Shown: positions 1 through 9,606 of the stretch, piece by piece
Numbering within the stretch: position 1 is the stretch's first letter
Layout of the letters: the number at the start of each line of letters is the position of its first letter
Assembly: GCA_036279755.1 (NCBI GenBank)
Contig: DASUIO010000324.1
Span: 1-44,920 of the forward strand
DNA: 44,920 bases
From: Polaromonas sp.
GTDB taxonomy: Bacteria; Pseudomonadota; Gammaproteobacteria; Burkholderiales; Burkholderiaceae_C
Direction of reading: 5' to 3'
Position numbers and translations under genes: made by a program
Notes under the pieces: generated by a model
What the model saw: the letters and a program-made list of their open reading frames with translations, nothing else
What the model was told of the DNA's origin: nothing
The model's database searches: none

Positions 1-253
1 GGGCCTGACCAGCGGTGCAGACAAAGACGAACTGTTTGTGATTCGAGCCGATGGCAGCGTTTTGTCGAACAACGGCAGCTGGTTTGGCAGTGTCGCGCGC
101 GCGGAAGTGCAACCGGGTGATTTGATTGTGTTGCCGGAAAAGACGGACCATGAAAGCGGGTGGAGTGTATTCACGCGCAACGCCAAGGATATTACGCAGA
201 TTATTTACCAGTTCAGTCTGGGGGCTGCGGCGATCAAGACGCTAAGGCAGTGA
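1..253 (+). CDS. C-terminal fragment of SLBB-domain polysaccharide export protein (Wza/KpsD-like), 5' truncated by window edge
   Basis: Frame reads GLTSGADKDELFVIRADGSV...VQPGDLIVLPEK...KDITQIIYQFSLGAAAIK, typical of the last SLBB repeat and C-terminal helix. Confidence 0.8.
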   Translation, partial: GLTSGADKDELFVIRADGSVLSNNGSWFGSVARAEVQPGDLIVLPEKTDHESGWSVFTRNAKDITQIIYQFSLGAAAIKTLRQ

Positions 254-291
254 GCGAGAGCCGCTTGATGTGAGCGGTCGTCTGTATTTGC

Positions 292-1092
292 TCAAGGTTT
301 GCCTTTTGGCGCTGCTTTTGATGGTGCGGTTTTGAGCACATCCCACATGAAGAGTGGCGCCGATATAAACATTCGACGCCACAATCGGCGAGGTTCCCGC
401 AGGAGCCTGGGCAGCCACTCTAGGCCAAGCCGCTGAAAGATCGGGGCGGAGCGCTTTACGGTATTTGCATAAAAGTCGAAGACCGCGCCAATGCCTGCAG
501 CAAATCCCACGCACAGGTGCTGGTGATGCTCATGAAGCCACAAGTCCTGCTTGGGGGAAGTCAATCCTACCCACAGTACATCCGGACGCGTGGCGTTGAC
601 CATGGTGATCATGGCGTCCGACTCTTCCGGGCTGAATGATTCCGTGTAAGGGGGCGAATACATGCCCACAACCTTCACTGACGGGAAGTCCAACGCCAGG
701 CGTGCTCGTATCGCGTCCAGCGTAGCCTGGCTTGAGCCAAGAAAGAAGACGCGACCGGCGCGCTGATTCAATTCCGACATCAGGCCCTGGAAGATGTCGC
801 TGCCTGTGACGCGTGCCTTGATGGCTCCACCCTGGTGTCTGGATGCCAACACAATCCCGATCCCGTCGGGTATCAGCCAATCCGCGGCCCGCAGAGCCTG
901 AGCAAATTTCTCGTTGTGCTTGGTCAGTGCATAAGAGTGGGGGTTGATGCAAGCTAACCAATGGCACGAAGGGGCTTGGCCTTCGGTGCGCAGGCGGGTA
1001 ACGATGTCATCAATACAAGCAGAAAGGCCGCCGGCCCATACATCAAAGCCCAGGATGGACTCGTGGCTCCCTTTGTCCGTGACGGGCTTCAA
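292..1092 (-). CDS. WecB/TagA/CpsF family glycosyltransferase (GT26)
   Basis: Motifs INPHS, ADWLIPDGIG, RVTGSD, GLTSPKQD, GAVFDF, GLEWLPRL; start overlaps the upstream stop. Confidence 0.92.
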   Translation of the reverse strand: MKPVTDKGSHESILGFDVWAGGLSACIDDIVTRLRTEGQAPSCHWLACINPHSYALTKHNEKFAQALRAADWLIPDGIGIVLASRHQGGAIKARVTGSDIFQGLMSELNQRAGRVFFLGSSQATLDAIRARLALDFPSVKVVGMYSPPYTESFSPEESDAMITMVNATRPDVLWVGLTSPKQDLWLHEHHQHLCVGFAAGIGAVFDFYANTVKRSAPIFQRLGLEWLPRLLREPRRLWRRMFISAPLFMWDVLKTAPSKAAPKGKP

Positions 1093-1847
1093 GGTCGTCT
1101 CCTTACTTCATTTGGTTTTGGCTCGTCGAGGCGCGATTTCAAGCTGACCAACTGTCCCACGGTCAACGCGCGTGGTCGTAAGGACGCGATGTGGGCCAAG
1201 AGAGTGTCGAGTTGGGGCCATAAACCAAGTTGGTCAATCTCCCAGCTGTGCCCCCAAATGTGCATGACGCTATGGCGGCTCGCGCAGTCGTCTGCCAGAT
1301 TCATCATGGCAGCCAGCCAGTCTTCACCTGTTGTCAGGGTGCTTAGCGCACGTATCCGCTTGCTGTAATGTCCACCGCTCAGGTAGTTTCGCCACAGCAC
1401 TTTGGCCCGATGTGGGTAGAACTGGGCTGTGGTGGGGATGCTGAAGGCGTCATGTGTGATGCTCAGCCACAAGTTGCTCACCGTGCGGGCATGCTCAAAA
1501 CCAGCATCGATGACCGTTTGGCGGACCCTCGTGTTCCATTTGCCGCCGGGGTAGCAGAAGCCTGACACGCCGTGCCCCAGAATCGACTCGAGCTGCTGCT
1601 TCCCTTCTCTGACCTGACGTTCGCAATCGGTGTGACTGAGGCTGGTCAGGTAACTGTGATCCAACGTGTGGCTCGCCATTTCGAACAGCCGATCCAGATT
1701 GCGCATCTCGGCATGTGACATGACGGCGTGGCCCTCGCGATTGCGGATGGGTACATAGAACGTGCCGCTCAAGCCATGGTGCTCAAGCAATTCCCCCAGG
1801 CGGGCATCCAATGGATGTCCGTCATCCCATGAGCTTACGAAGATCAC
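1089..1847 (-). CDS. Polysaccharide deacetylase (NodB/CE4 family)
   Basis: SWDDG, SHTLDH, FCYPGG and WGHSWE motifs; GTG at 1847 overlaps upstream TGA (GTGA) and follows GGAG, so the ORF-track extension to 2087 is rejected. Confidence 0.88.
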   Translation of the reverse strand: MIFVSSWDDGHPLDARLGELLEHHGLSGTFYVPIRNREGHAVMSHAEMRNLDRLFEMASHTLDHSYLTSLSHTDCERQVREGKQQLESILGHGVSGFCYPGGKWNTRVRQTVIDAGFEHARTVSNLWLSITHDAFSIPTTAQFYPHRAKVLWRNYLSGGHYSKRIRALSTLTTGEDWLAAMMNLADDCASRHSVMHIWGHSWEIDQLGLWPQLDTLLAHIASLRPRALTVGQLVSLKSRLDEPKPNEVRRRP

Positions 1848-2626
1848 CTTGGTGCTCCATCGGCCTTTGTGTCGAGGGTTTTGCGAGCCAGGACACAGGC
1901 CCCCATGTACATTCCCTGCGACGGCAGGACTCTGTCGAGGCCCAGTGCGATCCAGCCCAATAGCTCGACGGGCAGTGTCAACGCAGCCAAGACGCCCGCC
2001 CGAAGGTAGCTGCCCAAGTTGCGTCGGGCTCTCCAGCTTTGTCGCTGCCCGGGAACAAGGTGCTGGATCATCCAGATCACCCAGCATACCCAGGCAAAAA
2101 GGGCGCCGCCCCGACGCCGTGCGCGCACGATCTCAAAACCATGCGCGACAAGCGCCTCGTGCATGCCCTCCACGGTCCAGCGGTGAAAGTCCCTTACGTC
2201 GCACTCGGGGTAGAGAAAAGGGTAGGTCAAGATAATGTGGCCACCCCCTCTGAGTACGCGATGGGCTTCCGTAAGCATGGCGTGAGGGCTAGGCACATGC
2301 TGTATGACATCGAAGGAAACAATCAGATCGATCGATGCAGATGTGAACGGCAGTTGGGCGCAATCTGCCACGACGGATGTGGATTCGGATGGGGCGATGT
2401 CCAGCGCGATATAGCGTTCAACGCCCATGTATTGCCGCAGGGTCTGTGCATAGGGCGCCGTGCCTGCGCCGATGTCCAGGCAAGTCCGCGTGACGAAGTC
2501 GCCGTCACTCAGTAGCAGGCCACATTGCTTGATGAACGCCCGCGCGATGAAGCCCACTGGATTGGTGACGTGTTTGTACCCGCGTGCAACCGAAACCAGC
2601 ATTGCGGAGGTTTTCAAGTGACGCAT
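1844..2626 (-). CDS. Class I SAM-dependent methyltransferase (Methyltransf_11-like)
   Basis: LDIGAG motif I, LPF, FDVIQHV, RVLRGGG, DFHRWT; ATG at 2626 after AGGA (alternative ATG 2602). Confidence 0.85.
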   Translation of the reverse strand: MRHLKTSAMLVSVARGYKHVTNPVGFIARAFIKQCGLLLSDGDFVTRTCLDIGAGTAPYAQTLRQYMGVERYIALDIAPSESTSVVADCAQLPFTSASIDLIVSFDVIQHVPSPHAMLTEAHRVLRGGGHIILTYPFLYPECDVRDFHRWTVEGMHEALVAHGFEIVRARRRGGALFAWVCWVIWMIQHLVPGQRQSWRARRNLGSYLRAGVLAALTLPVELLGWIALGLDRVLPSQGMYMGACVLARKTLDTKADGAPR

Positions 2627-3414
2627 TCCTTGGTGGCTGTCATGCACAACGTACCTCCCACCCCCAGCATCTGTGGCAATCGAGCAGCCAGCCAGAATTT
2701 GAAGCCCGGGCGCTGCAGAGGGCTGAACCGCACCTGTCTGGCGCATTTGAAGCCAGCCTTTTCTAGGTGTTGGCGGAGGCTTCGGCGATCGAACAGGAAC
2801 AGGTGAAACTTTTTGGTGGCTTCTCTCCAATGGCCTTTCTCAATGCGGGCGCGCAGACCCAACCGGTTCGGCGTGGTCACAAGCAGGGTGCCACCGGGTT
2901 TCATGATTCGGTACAGCTCGCGCAAGGTTGGTTGCAGTTCCGTGAGGTGCTCAATGACCTCGACCATCGTGATCACGTCATAGCGTGCTGAGGGCAGCCC
3001 TTTTAGGTCAGACAGAAGTGATATACCCCGATGTTCAAGGCAGAAGCGGCGCGCCTCGTCTGCAAACTCGAGGCCGTCGGCTTCAAGCGATCGGGCGCGA
3101 AGTGCCGCAACGAGTTCGCCGCTGCCAGCACCAAAATCCAGGACTTTCGCCTGGGATGACTGACGTGCAAGGCCCTGGATGAAGTCGGCATAAGACGTCG
3201 TGGCAAACGCGCCAGACTCCTGATTCGTTCCGCCCGAGGCAATTTTCTCTTCCTCGTAAGCCTGTTTGTAAATCTCGTGGAGTTCGCTGGCCGTTGGGAA
3301 CACTTCCCGAAAAAACAGGCCACAGTGAGTGCACTGGCGGAAATCGACCTCACCTTCGGAAAACGCGGCCCTGAGCGCTGACATCGGGGCGCCGCATTCA
3401 CAAGCGCGGCTCAT
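2614..3414 (-). CDS. Class I SAM-dependent methyltransferase with N-terminal Cys (Zn-ribbon-like) motif
   Basis: CECG..CTHC, VLDFGAGSG, VIEHL, KPGG, TTPN; ATG at 3414 overlaps upstream TGA (ATGA). Confidence 0.88.
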   Translation of the reverse strand: MSRACECGAPMSALRAAFSEGEVDFRQCTHCGLFFREVFPTASELHEIYKQAYEEEKIASGGTNQESGAFATTSYADFIQGLARQSSQAKVLDFGAGSGELVAALRARSLEADGLEFADEARRFCLEHRGISLLSDLKGLPSARYDVITMVEVIEHLTELQPTLRELYRIMKPGGTLLVTTPNRLGLRARIEKGHWREATKKFHLFLFDRRSLRQHLEKAGFKCARQVRFSPLQRPGFKFWLAARLPQMLGVGGTLCMTATKECVT

Positions 3415-4286
3415 CGCGTCCCCCTTGCGGGCTGTCGCGTTGTCAATACTTCCATCATGCCCTTCAGCCAGAATTTCACGTAGGGGTTGAGCCAGTACAA
3501 AGGCCAAAATGGGCCGCTATGGCGTCGGGTGAACACAAGCCATTCCCTTGGGGGTAAGCCTTTGGGGCCTTTCAGGCGTTGCCAGCGCGTGCCCAGTGGC
3601 AAGGACTTGTCAGTCCACAGCCCCGTCCCTAGGTTGGGTTCACATTCTCCCGCAATGCCCGGGGCGACCCACAGTGCGCATCCAAGGCGCCGTGCGCGCA
3701 GGCCAAAGTCGAAGTCGCCCATGGCGTGGGTAAAGGTGGCGTCCAGGTTGCCCACCAGGTCAATCACAACCTTTGGTATCAATGCGCAGTTGGCGTTGAA
3801 GGTGTCGCATCGCTGCGCCTGATCAGACAAGGGAACCTTGCTCATTCTCAGGGGTATCCACCAGGGGCCCCGGACCAGCCCGCCGTAGCTGATGCCGCCT
3901 TGGGCGTTGCCCCGAGTGGCCCCTACGATGATGGCGTTGGGCTTGTCGCACGCTGTTGTCACCAGTGTTTGCACAGCGTGAGGAGACAGGGCCGTGTCGT
4001 CGTTGAGCAAGAGGTAGTAGTCGAACGACCGCCTCATCGCGTGCTCCAAGGCCAGTCGCATGGCACCATTCCAGTAGAGGCCACCATCGCCGGCAATGAT
4101 TTCTACGTCGGGGAATTGGCTTTTTACCGCATTTGCCGTGCCGTCTGTACTGCCATCATCAACCAGCAGTGCGTGAAGGGACACATCGTGCTCGACGAGG
4201 GCCTGATGTTTGAGTGCATCAAGGCATGCAATGGTCTTGGCTCGCCGGTTATGGCAAGCGATGATCGCGCATACTGTCTTGGGCAT
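3411..4286 (-). CDS. Glycosyltransferase family 2
   Basis: HNRR, VDDGSTDGT, LLLNDD, GDFDFGLRA motifs. Confidence 0.92.
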   Translation of the reverse strand: MPKTVCAIIACHNRRAKTIACLDALKHQALVEHDVSLHALLVDDGSTDGTANAVKSQFPDVEIIAGDGGLYWNGAMRLALEHAMRRSFDYYLLLNDDTALSPHAVQTLVTTACDKPNAIIVGATRGNAQGGISYGGLVRGPWWIPLRMSKVPLSDQAQRCDTFNANCALIPKVVIDLVGNLDATFTHAMGDFDFGLRARRLGCALWVAPGIAGECEPNLGTGLWTDKSLPLGTRWQRLKGPKGLPPREWLVFTRRHSGPFWPLYWLNPYVKFWLKGMMEVLTTRQPARGTR

Positions 4287-4317
4287 CTTGCAGATGTGGG
4301 GCGTGACGTGTGGGCAT

Positions 4318-4445
4318 CATTGTAGGGCGCGACGTATCTCATGCCGCCTCTGGGCATCGTCTGGCCAGCCTTGTATCAAATCCGCATCTTTGGCGCTGAC
4401 GGCTCATCTTGGTCGGTGGAACAGGTGTGAGCGCGTCCTACAATG
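4318..4445. promoter_or_regulatory. Divergent promoter region with inverted 14-bp repeats, each containing a TACAAT -10-like box
   Basis: CATTGTAGGGCGCG (4318-4331) and CGCGTCCTACAATG (4432-4445) are 13/14 reverse complements lying between divergent genes. Confidence 0.5.
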
Positions 4446-4529
4446 TGTCGCGGTCTGGCTGCCGGCCTGTGAGGCACGAGAGCCTCTAGCAGCAAGTGGT
4501 CGCTTGATCCCAGTTCAGGAAGCATTTTC

Positions 4530-5687
4530 GTGACACATCCTCAAGACGACGACGCAGGTGGGTTTACTCTGATCGATCTGTTCATTCTCATGGCAGAGCG
4601 CGTCAAGTTACTGGTGTTAGGGCCTCTCCTTGCTGGCGCACTGGTGGTGGCAGGCTCCTATCTGTTTGTCAAACCTGTCTACACAGCCAAAACAGTCATT
4701 CTGCCGCCCCAGCAACAGCAAGGTGCTGCGGCGGCATTGATGCAGTCGTTGGGCGCTCTGGCTAGTTTTGCCGGCTCCGCGTCAGGGGTGAAAAATCCTG
4801 CAGACCAATACGTTTCCTTGATGCTGTCTACCACGGTGCTGAACCGGGTCGGCGATGCGTTTGATCTGCAGTCTGTATATGGCGCGCCTGACAAGGAAAC
4901 GACCCGCGACAGGCTCCTGGCTGCCATCAAGGTCGATGTGGGCAAGAAAGACAGCCTGATCAGCCTGAGTGTGGATGACGAAGATCCGAAGCGTGCGGCT
5001 GATATGGCCAATCGCTTCGTGGATGAGCTTCGCCGACTGACCTCCGAACTGGCCTTGACGGAAGCCCAACAGCGACGTGTGTTCTTCGAGAAACAGTTGT
5101 CCCAGACGCGCGAGCGCTTGACTGCGGCACAAAAGAGCTTGCAGGGTAGCGGCGTTAGCGCTGGTGTGTTGAGGATGGAGCCTAAGGCCGCCATCGAAAG
5201 TTATGCGGCGCTCAAGGCGCAGGTCACCGCAGCGGAGGTCCGCTTGATTTCCATGCGGTCCTATGTAACAGAGAACTCGCCTGAGTTTAAGGTGGCTCAG
5301 TCGAATCTGGCTGCCTTGCGAGAGCAGCTTCAGAAGGCAGAAGCTCAGGATGTTTCTGGCGAAAAAGACAACTACATCGAGAGATACCGAGACTTCAAAT
5401 ACCAGGAGACCTTGTTTGAGCTGTTTTCTCGGCAGTATGAATTGGCCAAGATTGACGAATTGCGGGAAGGCGCCTTCATCCAGGTTGTTGACAAGGCTTT
5501 GCAACCAGAGAACAAGAGTAACATGAGGAAAATCAAGCTGGCCTTGCTGACTGTTTTGGGCTCCTTTGTTCTGCTCACCTTCTTTGTTCTGATTCAGAAA
5601 ATCATCAGCAAGGAATTGGAGTCTCCCGAGATGGCAGAGAAGCTGACCCAATTGAAGGCAGCGCTTTCTGCGCGTTCGCACGTATAG
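4530..5687 (+). CDS. Polysaccharide co-polymerase / chain-length determinant (Wzz/GNVR family)
   Basis: N- and C-terminal TM segments, PxYTA..ILPPQQQ, coiled coil, IQVVDKAxxPE; no kinase domain. Confidence 0.88.
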   Translation: MTHPQDDDAGGFTLIDLFILMAERVKLLVLGPLLAGALVVAGSYLFVKPVYTAKTVILPPQQQQGAAAALMQSLGALASFAGSASGVKNPADQYVSLMLSTTVLNRVGDAFDLQSVYGAPDKETTRDRLLAAIKVDVGKKDSLISLSVDDEDPKRAADMANRFVDELRRLTSELALTEAQQRRVFFEKQLSQTRERLTAAQKSLQGSGVSAGVLRMEPKAAIESYAALKAQVTAAEVRLISMRSYVTENSPEFKVAQSNLAALREQLQKAEAQDVSGEKDNYIERYRDFKYQETLFELFSRQYELAKIDELREGAFIQVVDKALQPENKSNMRKIKLALLTVLGSFVLLTFFVLIQKIISKELESPEMAEKLTQLKAALSARSHV

Positions 5688-5716
5688 GCGCAAGCGGCGG
5701 TGTAGAGGCCAAATAC

Positions 5717-6421
5717 ATGCTGATGAACAGGTTGGTGCTTGCCTTGATTCCTGCCCGCAAGGGGTCTAAAGGGCTACCAGGAAAGAATCGCTCGTTGTTG
5801 CTGGGCCGGCCACTGGTGGACTACACCTTGGACGCGGCAATCAGTGCGCCGTCTATTGATGAGACCTGGCTGTCCTCGGATGACGAGGAAATTCTTTCTT
5901 TAGGGGTTCAGCGGGGCGTGCGAATTCTGCGGCGTCCTGATGCATTTGCGTCTGATACAGCTTCGGCGATGGATGTGGTTGACCACTGGCTCACGGAGTT
6001 GCCTGCTGAGGTCAAAGCTCAGGATCCTCTGATCGTTTATTTGCAGCCAACCTCGCCTTTGCGTACCGCAGGGCATATTGAGCAATGTTTGGCTTTGCTC
6101 GAGTCTGCAAAGTCCAGTTGTCTGCTCAGTGTGGTCGAGATGGAAAAGTCGCCCTATAAGGCGTTCAAGATCGACGCGAATGGACGACTGGAGTCGCTGT
6201 TTGATGAGCGGCTTTCTAATCAACGCCGACAGGATCTGCCCAAAGTTTTTCTGCCCAATGGAGCGATCTACATCTTTGGTCTGTCTGACTACGAGCGCAG
6301 AGGCGGTTTCCCCTCAAATGGTAGCCTGTCATTTGAGATGAGCAGAGACGACAGCACCGACATTGACGACCAATCCGATATGGAAAAGGTCCAGCGTATT
6401 TTGGAGAAAAGACATGGCTGA
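5717..6421 (+). CDS. neuA: CMP-N-acetylneuraminate synthetase (acylneuraminate cytidylyltransferase)
   Basis: IPARKGSKGLPGKN, LQPTSPLR, RRQDLP, NGAIY, DID motifs. Confidence 0.93.
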   Translation: MLMNRLVLALIPARKGSKGLPGKNRSLLLGRPLVDYTLDAAISAPSIDETWLSSDDEEILSLGVQRGVRILRRPDAFASDTASAMDVVDHWLTELPAEVKAQDPLIVYLQPTSPLRTAGHIEQCLALLESAKSSCLLSVVEMEKSPYKAFKIDANGRLESLFDERLSNQRRQDLPKVFLPNGAIYIFGLSDYERRGGFPSNGSLSFEMSRDDSTDIDDQSDMEKVQRILEKRHG

Positions 6422-7457
6422 ATTTCGCTTGGGAAGCAGGGCGGTGGGAGACGATCATTTGCCACTTGTGATCGCCGAGATTGGCATCAATCATGAGGGC
6501 AGCCTGGATGTGGCGATCATGATGGCTGATGCGGCCCTTGATGCCGGTGCGGAGGTCGTCAAACATCAGACGCATGTGGTCGAAGACGAAATGTCAGATG
6601 AGGCCAAGCATGTCATTCCTGGCAATGCCGATGTCTCCATCTACGAGATCATGGCGCGGTGCGCCCTGTCAGAGTCAGATGAATACAAGCTGATGCAGCA
6701 TGTGCAAGCGCGTGGTGGCATCTTCCTGAGCACACCCTTCTCCAGGGCAGCGGCAGACAGGTTGGCGCGCTTCGATGTATGTGGCTACAAGATCGGATCG
6801 GGTGAGTGCAACAACTATCCGTTGATCAAGCACATTGCACGGACAGGCAAGCCAGTCATCCTTAGTACGGGTATGAATTCACTGCAGAGCATTGAGCCCG
6901 CAGTTGAAATTCTGCGAAATGCTGGAGTGCCATTTGCGCTATTGCATTGCACAAACGTTTACCCGACGCCTCCTGAACTTGTGCGCTTGGGCGCGCTTAG
7001 GCAATTGAAGGAGGCTTATCCAGACGCCGTGATTGGTTTGTCTGACCATACCACCGACAACTATGCTTGTCTGGGTGCCGTGGCATTGGGGGCGTCTATC
7101 TTGGAGCGACACTTCACCGATCGCATGGACAGGCCAGGCCCTGACATTGTTTGTTCGATGGATCCAGCCTCATTGGCTGAACTCATCAAAGGGTCCCGTA
7201 CGCTTTTTCTGGAACGAGGCGGAGAAAAGGGGCCGGTTGAACAGGAGGCTCCCACTATTGCGTTTGCGTTCGCATCGGTGGTTGCCATTGATGACATTGC
7301 GGCGGGCGACGCCCTGAGTGAAGATAATATTTGGGTCAAACGGCCCGGCGGCGGCGACTTCACGGCTCAGGATTATGACGGGTTGCTGGGACAGCGCGTG
7401 GTATTGCCATTGAGAAAGGGCGAGCGCGTGTCCAAGGCTCACCTGGGGGGGGCGTGA
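6414..7457 (+). CDS. neuB: N-acetylneuraminate synthase (SiaC/NeuB1 type) with C-terminal SAF/AFP-like domain
   Basis: EIGINHEGSL, KHQTH..EDEMS, VIPGNADVSIYEIM, STPFSRAAA, KIGSGECNN, GLSDH, ERHFTD; ATG 6414 after GGAG. Confidence 0.96.
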   Translation: MAEFRLGSRAVGDDHLPLVIAEIGINHEGSLDVAIMMADAALDAGAEVVKHQTHVVEDEMSDEAKHVIPGNADVSIYEIMARCALSESDEYKLMQHVQARGGIFLSTPFSRAAADRLARFDVCGYKIGSGECNNYPLIKHIARTGKPVILSTGMNSLQSIEPAVEILRNAGVPFALLHCTNVYPTPPELVRLGALRQLKEAYPDAVIGLSDHTTDNYACLGAVALGASILERHFTDRMDRPGPDIVCSMDPASLAELIKGSRTLFLERGGEKGPVEQEAPTIAFAFASVVAIDDIAAGDALSEDNIWVKRPGGGDFTAQDYDGLLGQRVVLPLRKGERVSKAHLGGA

Positions 7458-8620
7458 TGCCTGCGACCTTACGGAGAGTGGTCTTCCTGACTGGGACCAG
7501 GGCTGATTTCGGCAAGCTCAAGCCGTTGATGCAGCGGTTGCGGTCCGACCCCCACTTTGAGGTCCATCTGTTCGTGACGGGCATGCACATGTTGTCCAAG
7601 TACGGTTATACGTGCGAAGAGGTGCAACACGCGGGTTTTGGCAATATCTACAAGTACATCAACCAAAACGCCTCGGACAGCATGGACCATATTTTGGCCA
7701 AGACTATTTCAGGTCTGTCCGACTACATTCGCGAGATCAAGCCGGACCTCATCGTTGTGCATGGGGACCGTGTCGAGGCACTGGCAGGTGCTGCTGTCGG
7801 TGCGCTGAACAACGTTTTGACTGGGCACATCGAAGGTGGAGAAGTGTCAGGCACGGTGGATGAGTTGATCCGCCATTCGGTGACCAAGCTATCGCACATT
7901 CACTTTGTAGCTAACGAGGAAGCGTTCCGGCGACTGGTTCAGCTCGGCGAAAGTCGCTCGACCATTCACGTGATTGGGTCACCGGATGTGGATGTCATGA
8001 ATTCACAGCTTCTGCCCTCCCTTGAAGAGGTCATGAGGCACTATGAGGTTCCTTTCGATCGCTATGGGGTGATGGCTTTTCACCCAGTGACCTCCGAGCT
8101 GGACGATATCCGTCGTCAGGCCCGAATGTTGGTCGACGCTGTACTCGCAAGCGGGTTCAACTATGTGGTGATCTATCCCAATAACGATCATGGGACGGAC
8201 CATATCCTCGATGAGTACAAGCGTTTGCAGGGCAATGACAGGTTTCGCGTCTTTCCCTCTATGCGTTTTGAGTATTTCCTGACGACACTCAAGAATGCGG
8301 ACTTCATCATCGGCAATTCCAGTGCTGGTGTACGTGAGGCGCCGCATTTCGGCGTACCCGCTATCAATGTTGGTACGCGCCAGAACAACCGTACGTCCTG
8401 CAAGCTAGTCCTCAACGTGCCGGCCGAGGTCGACTCGCTCGTGCGGGCCATGTCTACGGTCAGTGCCATGCCGCGAGAATCCATTGAACTATTCGGCAAC
8501 GGCAACAGTGCCGAGCAGTTTCACCGCATCCTGTGCACCGATGAGTTTTGGGCGATCTCGACGCAAAAATACTTTAATGACCTCAAGGCTTCTCCAGCCT
8601 CTTCGGGAGAGACGGAATGA
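7457..8620 (+). CDS. neuC: Hydrolysing UDP-GlcNAc 2-epimerase
   Basis: TGTRADFGKLK, TGMH, HGDRVE, HIEGGEVSGTVDE, GNSSAG; start coupled to neuB stop (GTGATG). Confidence 0.95.
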   Translation: MPATLRRVVFLTGTRADFGKLKPLMQRLRSDPHFEVHLFVTGMHMLSKYGYTCEEVQHAGFGNIYKYINQNASDSMDHILAKTISGLSDYIREIKPDLIVVHGDRVEALAGAAVGALNNVLTGHIEGGEVSGTVDELIRHSVTKLSHIHFVANEEAFRRLVQLGESRSTIHVIGSPDVDVMNSQLLPSLEEVMRHYEVPFDRYGVMAFHPVTSELDDIRRQARMLVDAVLASGFNYVVIYPNNDHGTDHILDEYKRLQGNDRFRVFPSMRFEYFLTTLKNADFIIGNSSAGVREAPHFGVPAINVGTRQNNRTSCKLVLNVPAEVDSLVRAMSTVSAMPRESIELFGNGNSAEQFHRILCTDEFWAISTQKYFNDLKASPASSGETE

Positions 8621-9606
8621 GTACATTGAACGACAACAAGCTTGCCGATGAGGCGAAGGCATTCGATGACCAGATCCTGACACGGGTTGCCAATGGCCAT
8701 GTGCCTGACCTGCGTTTTTGCACGCCGTGCGACTGGTTCTACAACAACCCATGGCGGCGTCCTTGCTATGTTGAGCTGGATTTCGGGGAGCAGTTCCGGC
8801 TGATCCGCGATGCGATTGACCAGCATGCGCCTTATGGTGCAGCCCAGCCCAAGGTGCTGGAGGTCGGTTGTGGTCCCGGCTATCTTTCGTTGGAATTAGC
8901 TCGCTCGGGCTGCGATGTCACGGGCTTGGATTTGTCGCCGCACTCAATTGAGGTCGCCAGGCGATTTGCTGAGCAAGATCCTCACCGAAGCGATAGGGCC
9001 CCTCTTCAATACGTGATCGGCGATTTTTTTTCCCACGCTGACCTAGAGAATGCGCACTTTGACGCCGTTGTGTTTTTGGGCGCTTTGCACCATTTCCCGG
9101 ATCAGCAGCAGACGCTGCGTCGCGCAAGGCAGTTGCTCAAGCCTGGCGGCGTCGTTGTCGTCCATGAGCCTGTGCGCGATCGGGTTACCAGAGGGAATGC
9201 GGTCTTTGCGCATCTGCTGAGGGTGTTGCTGTCGCTCAAGGGAGGCTTCTTTGAGCACCACGCCATCCCCGACAGCGACCAGGCGAGGGAGCGTGAGTTC
9301 GACAAGTTGTTCGCGTCGATGCGCTATGAAACCGAGAATGGTGAGAACATGCAATCGGTCAACGACAACGAGGCGGGCTATGCGGACATGAAGCCGGTCC
9401 TTGATGAGTTGTTCGAGCAGCAGGCCTTTGCATGGCGCTACGCGTTCTTCCATGAATTCATCGGCGGTTTGCGCTTCGATGATGCATTGAATGAGAAGCT
9501 GGCTCACTATCTCCGCGAGGTCGATCGAGAGCTTTGCCAACTCGGCGTTTTGTCCGCCACCGAATTCTTTTATGTAGGTCGCAACAGCGAGGTCAGTGCG
9601 AAATGA
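8617..9606 (+). CDS. Class I SAM-dependent methyltransferase
   Basis: VLEVGCGPG, GLDLS, ALHHF, LKPGG; ATGA overlaps with both neighbours. Confidence 0.88.
   Translation: MSTLNDNKLADEAKAFDDQILTRVANGHVPDLRFCTPCDWFYNNPWRRPCYVELDFGEQFRLIRDAIDQHAPYGAAQPKVLEVGCGPGYLSLELARSGCDVTGLDLSPHSIEVARRFAEQDPHRSDRAPLQYVIGDFFSHADLENAHFDAVVFLGALHHFPDQQQTLRRARQLLKPGGVVVVHEPVRDRVTRGNAVFAHLLRVLLSLKGGFFEHHAIPDSDQAREREFDKLFASMRYETENGENMQSVNDNEAGYADMKPVLDELFEQQAFAWRYAFFHEFIGGLRFDDALNEKLAHYLREVDRELCQLGVLSATEFFYVGRNSEVSAK

Noticed and set aside
5690-5710. GGCGGTGTAG as an ops/JUMPstart element before neuA
   Set aside because: Does not match the GGCGGTAG core and lacks the JUMPstart context
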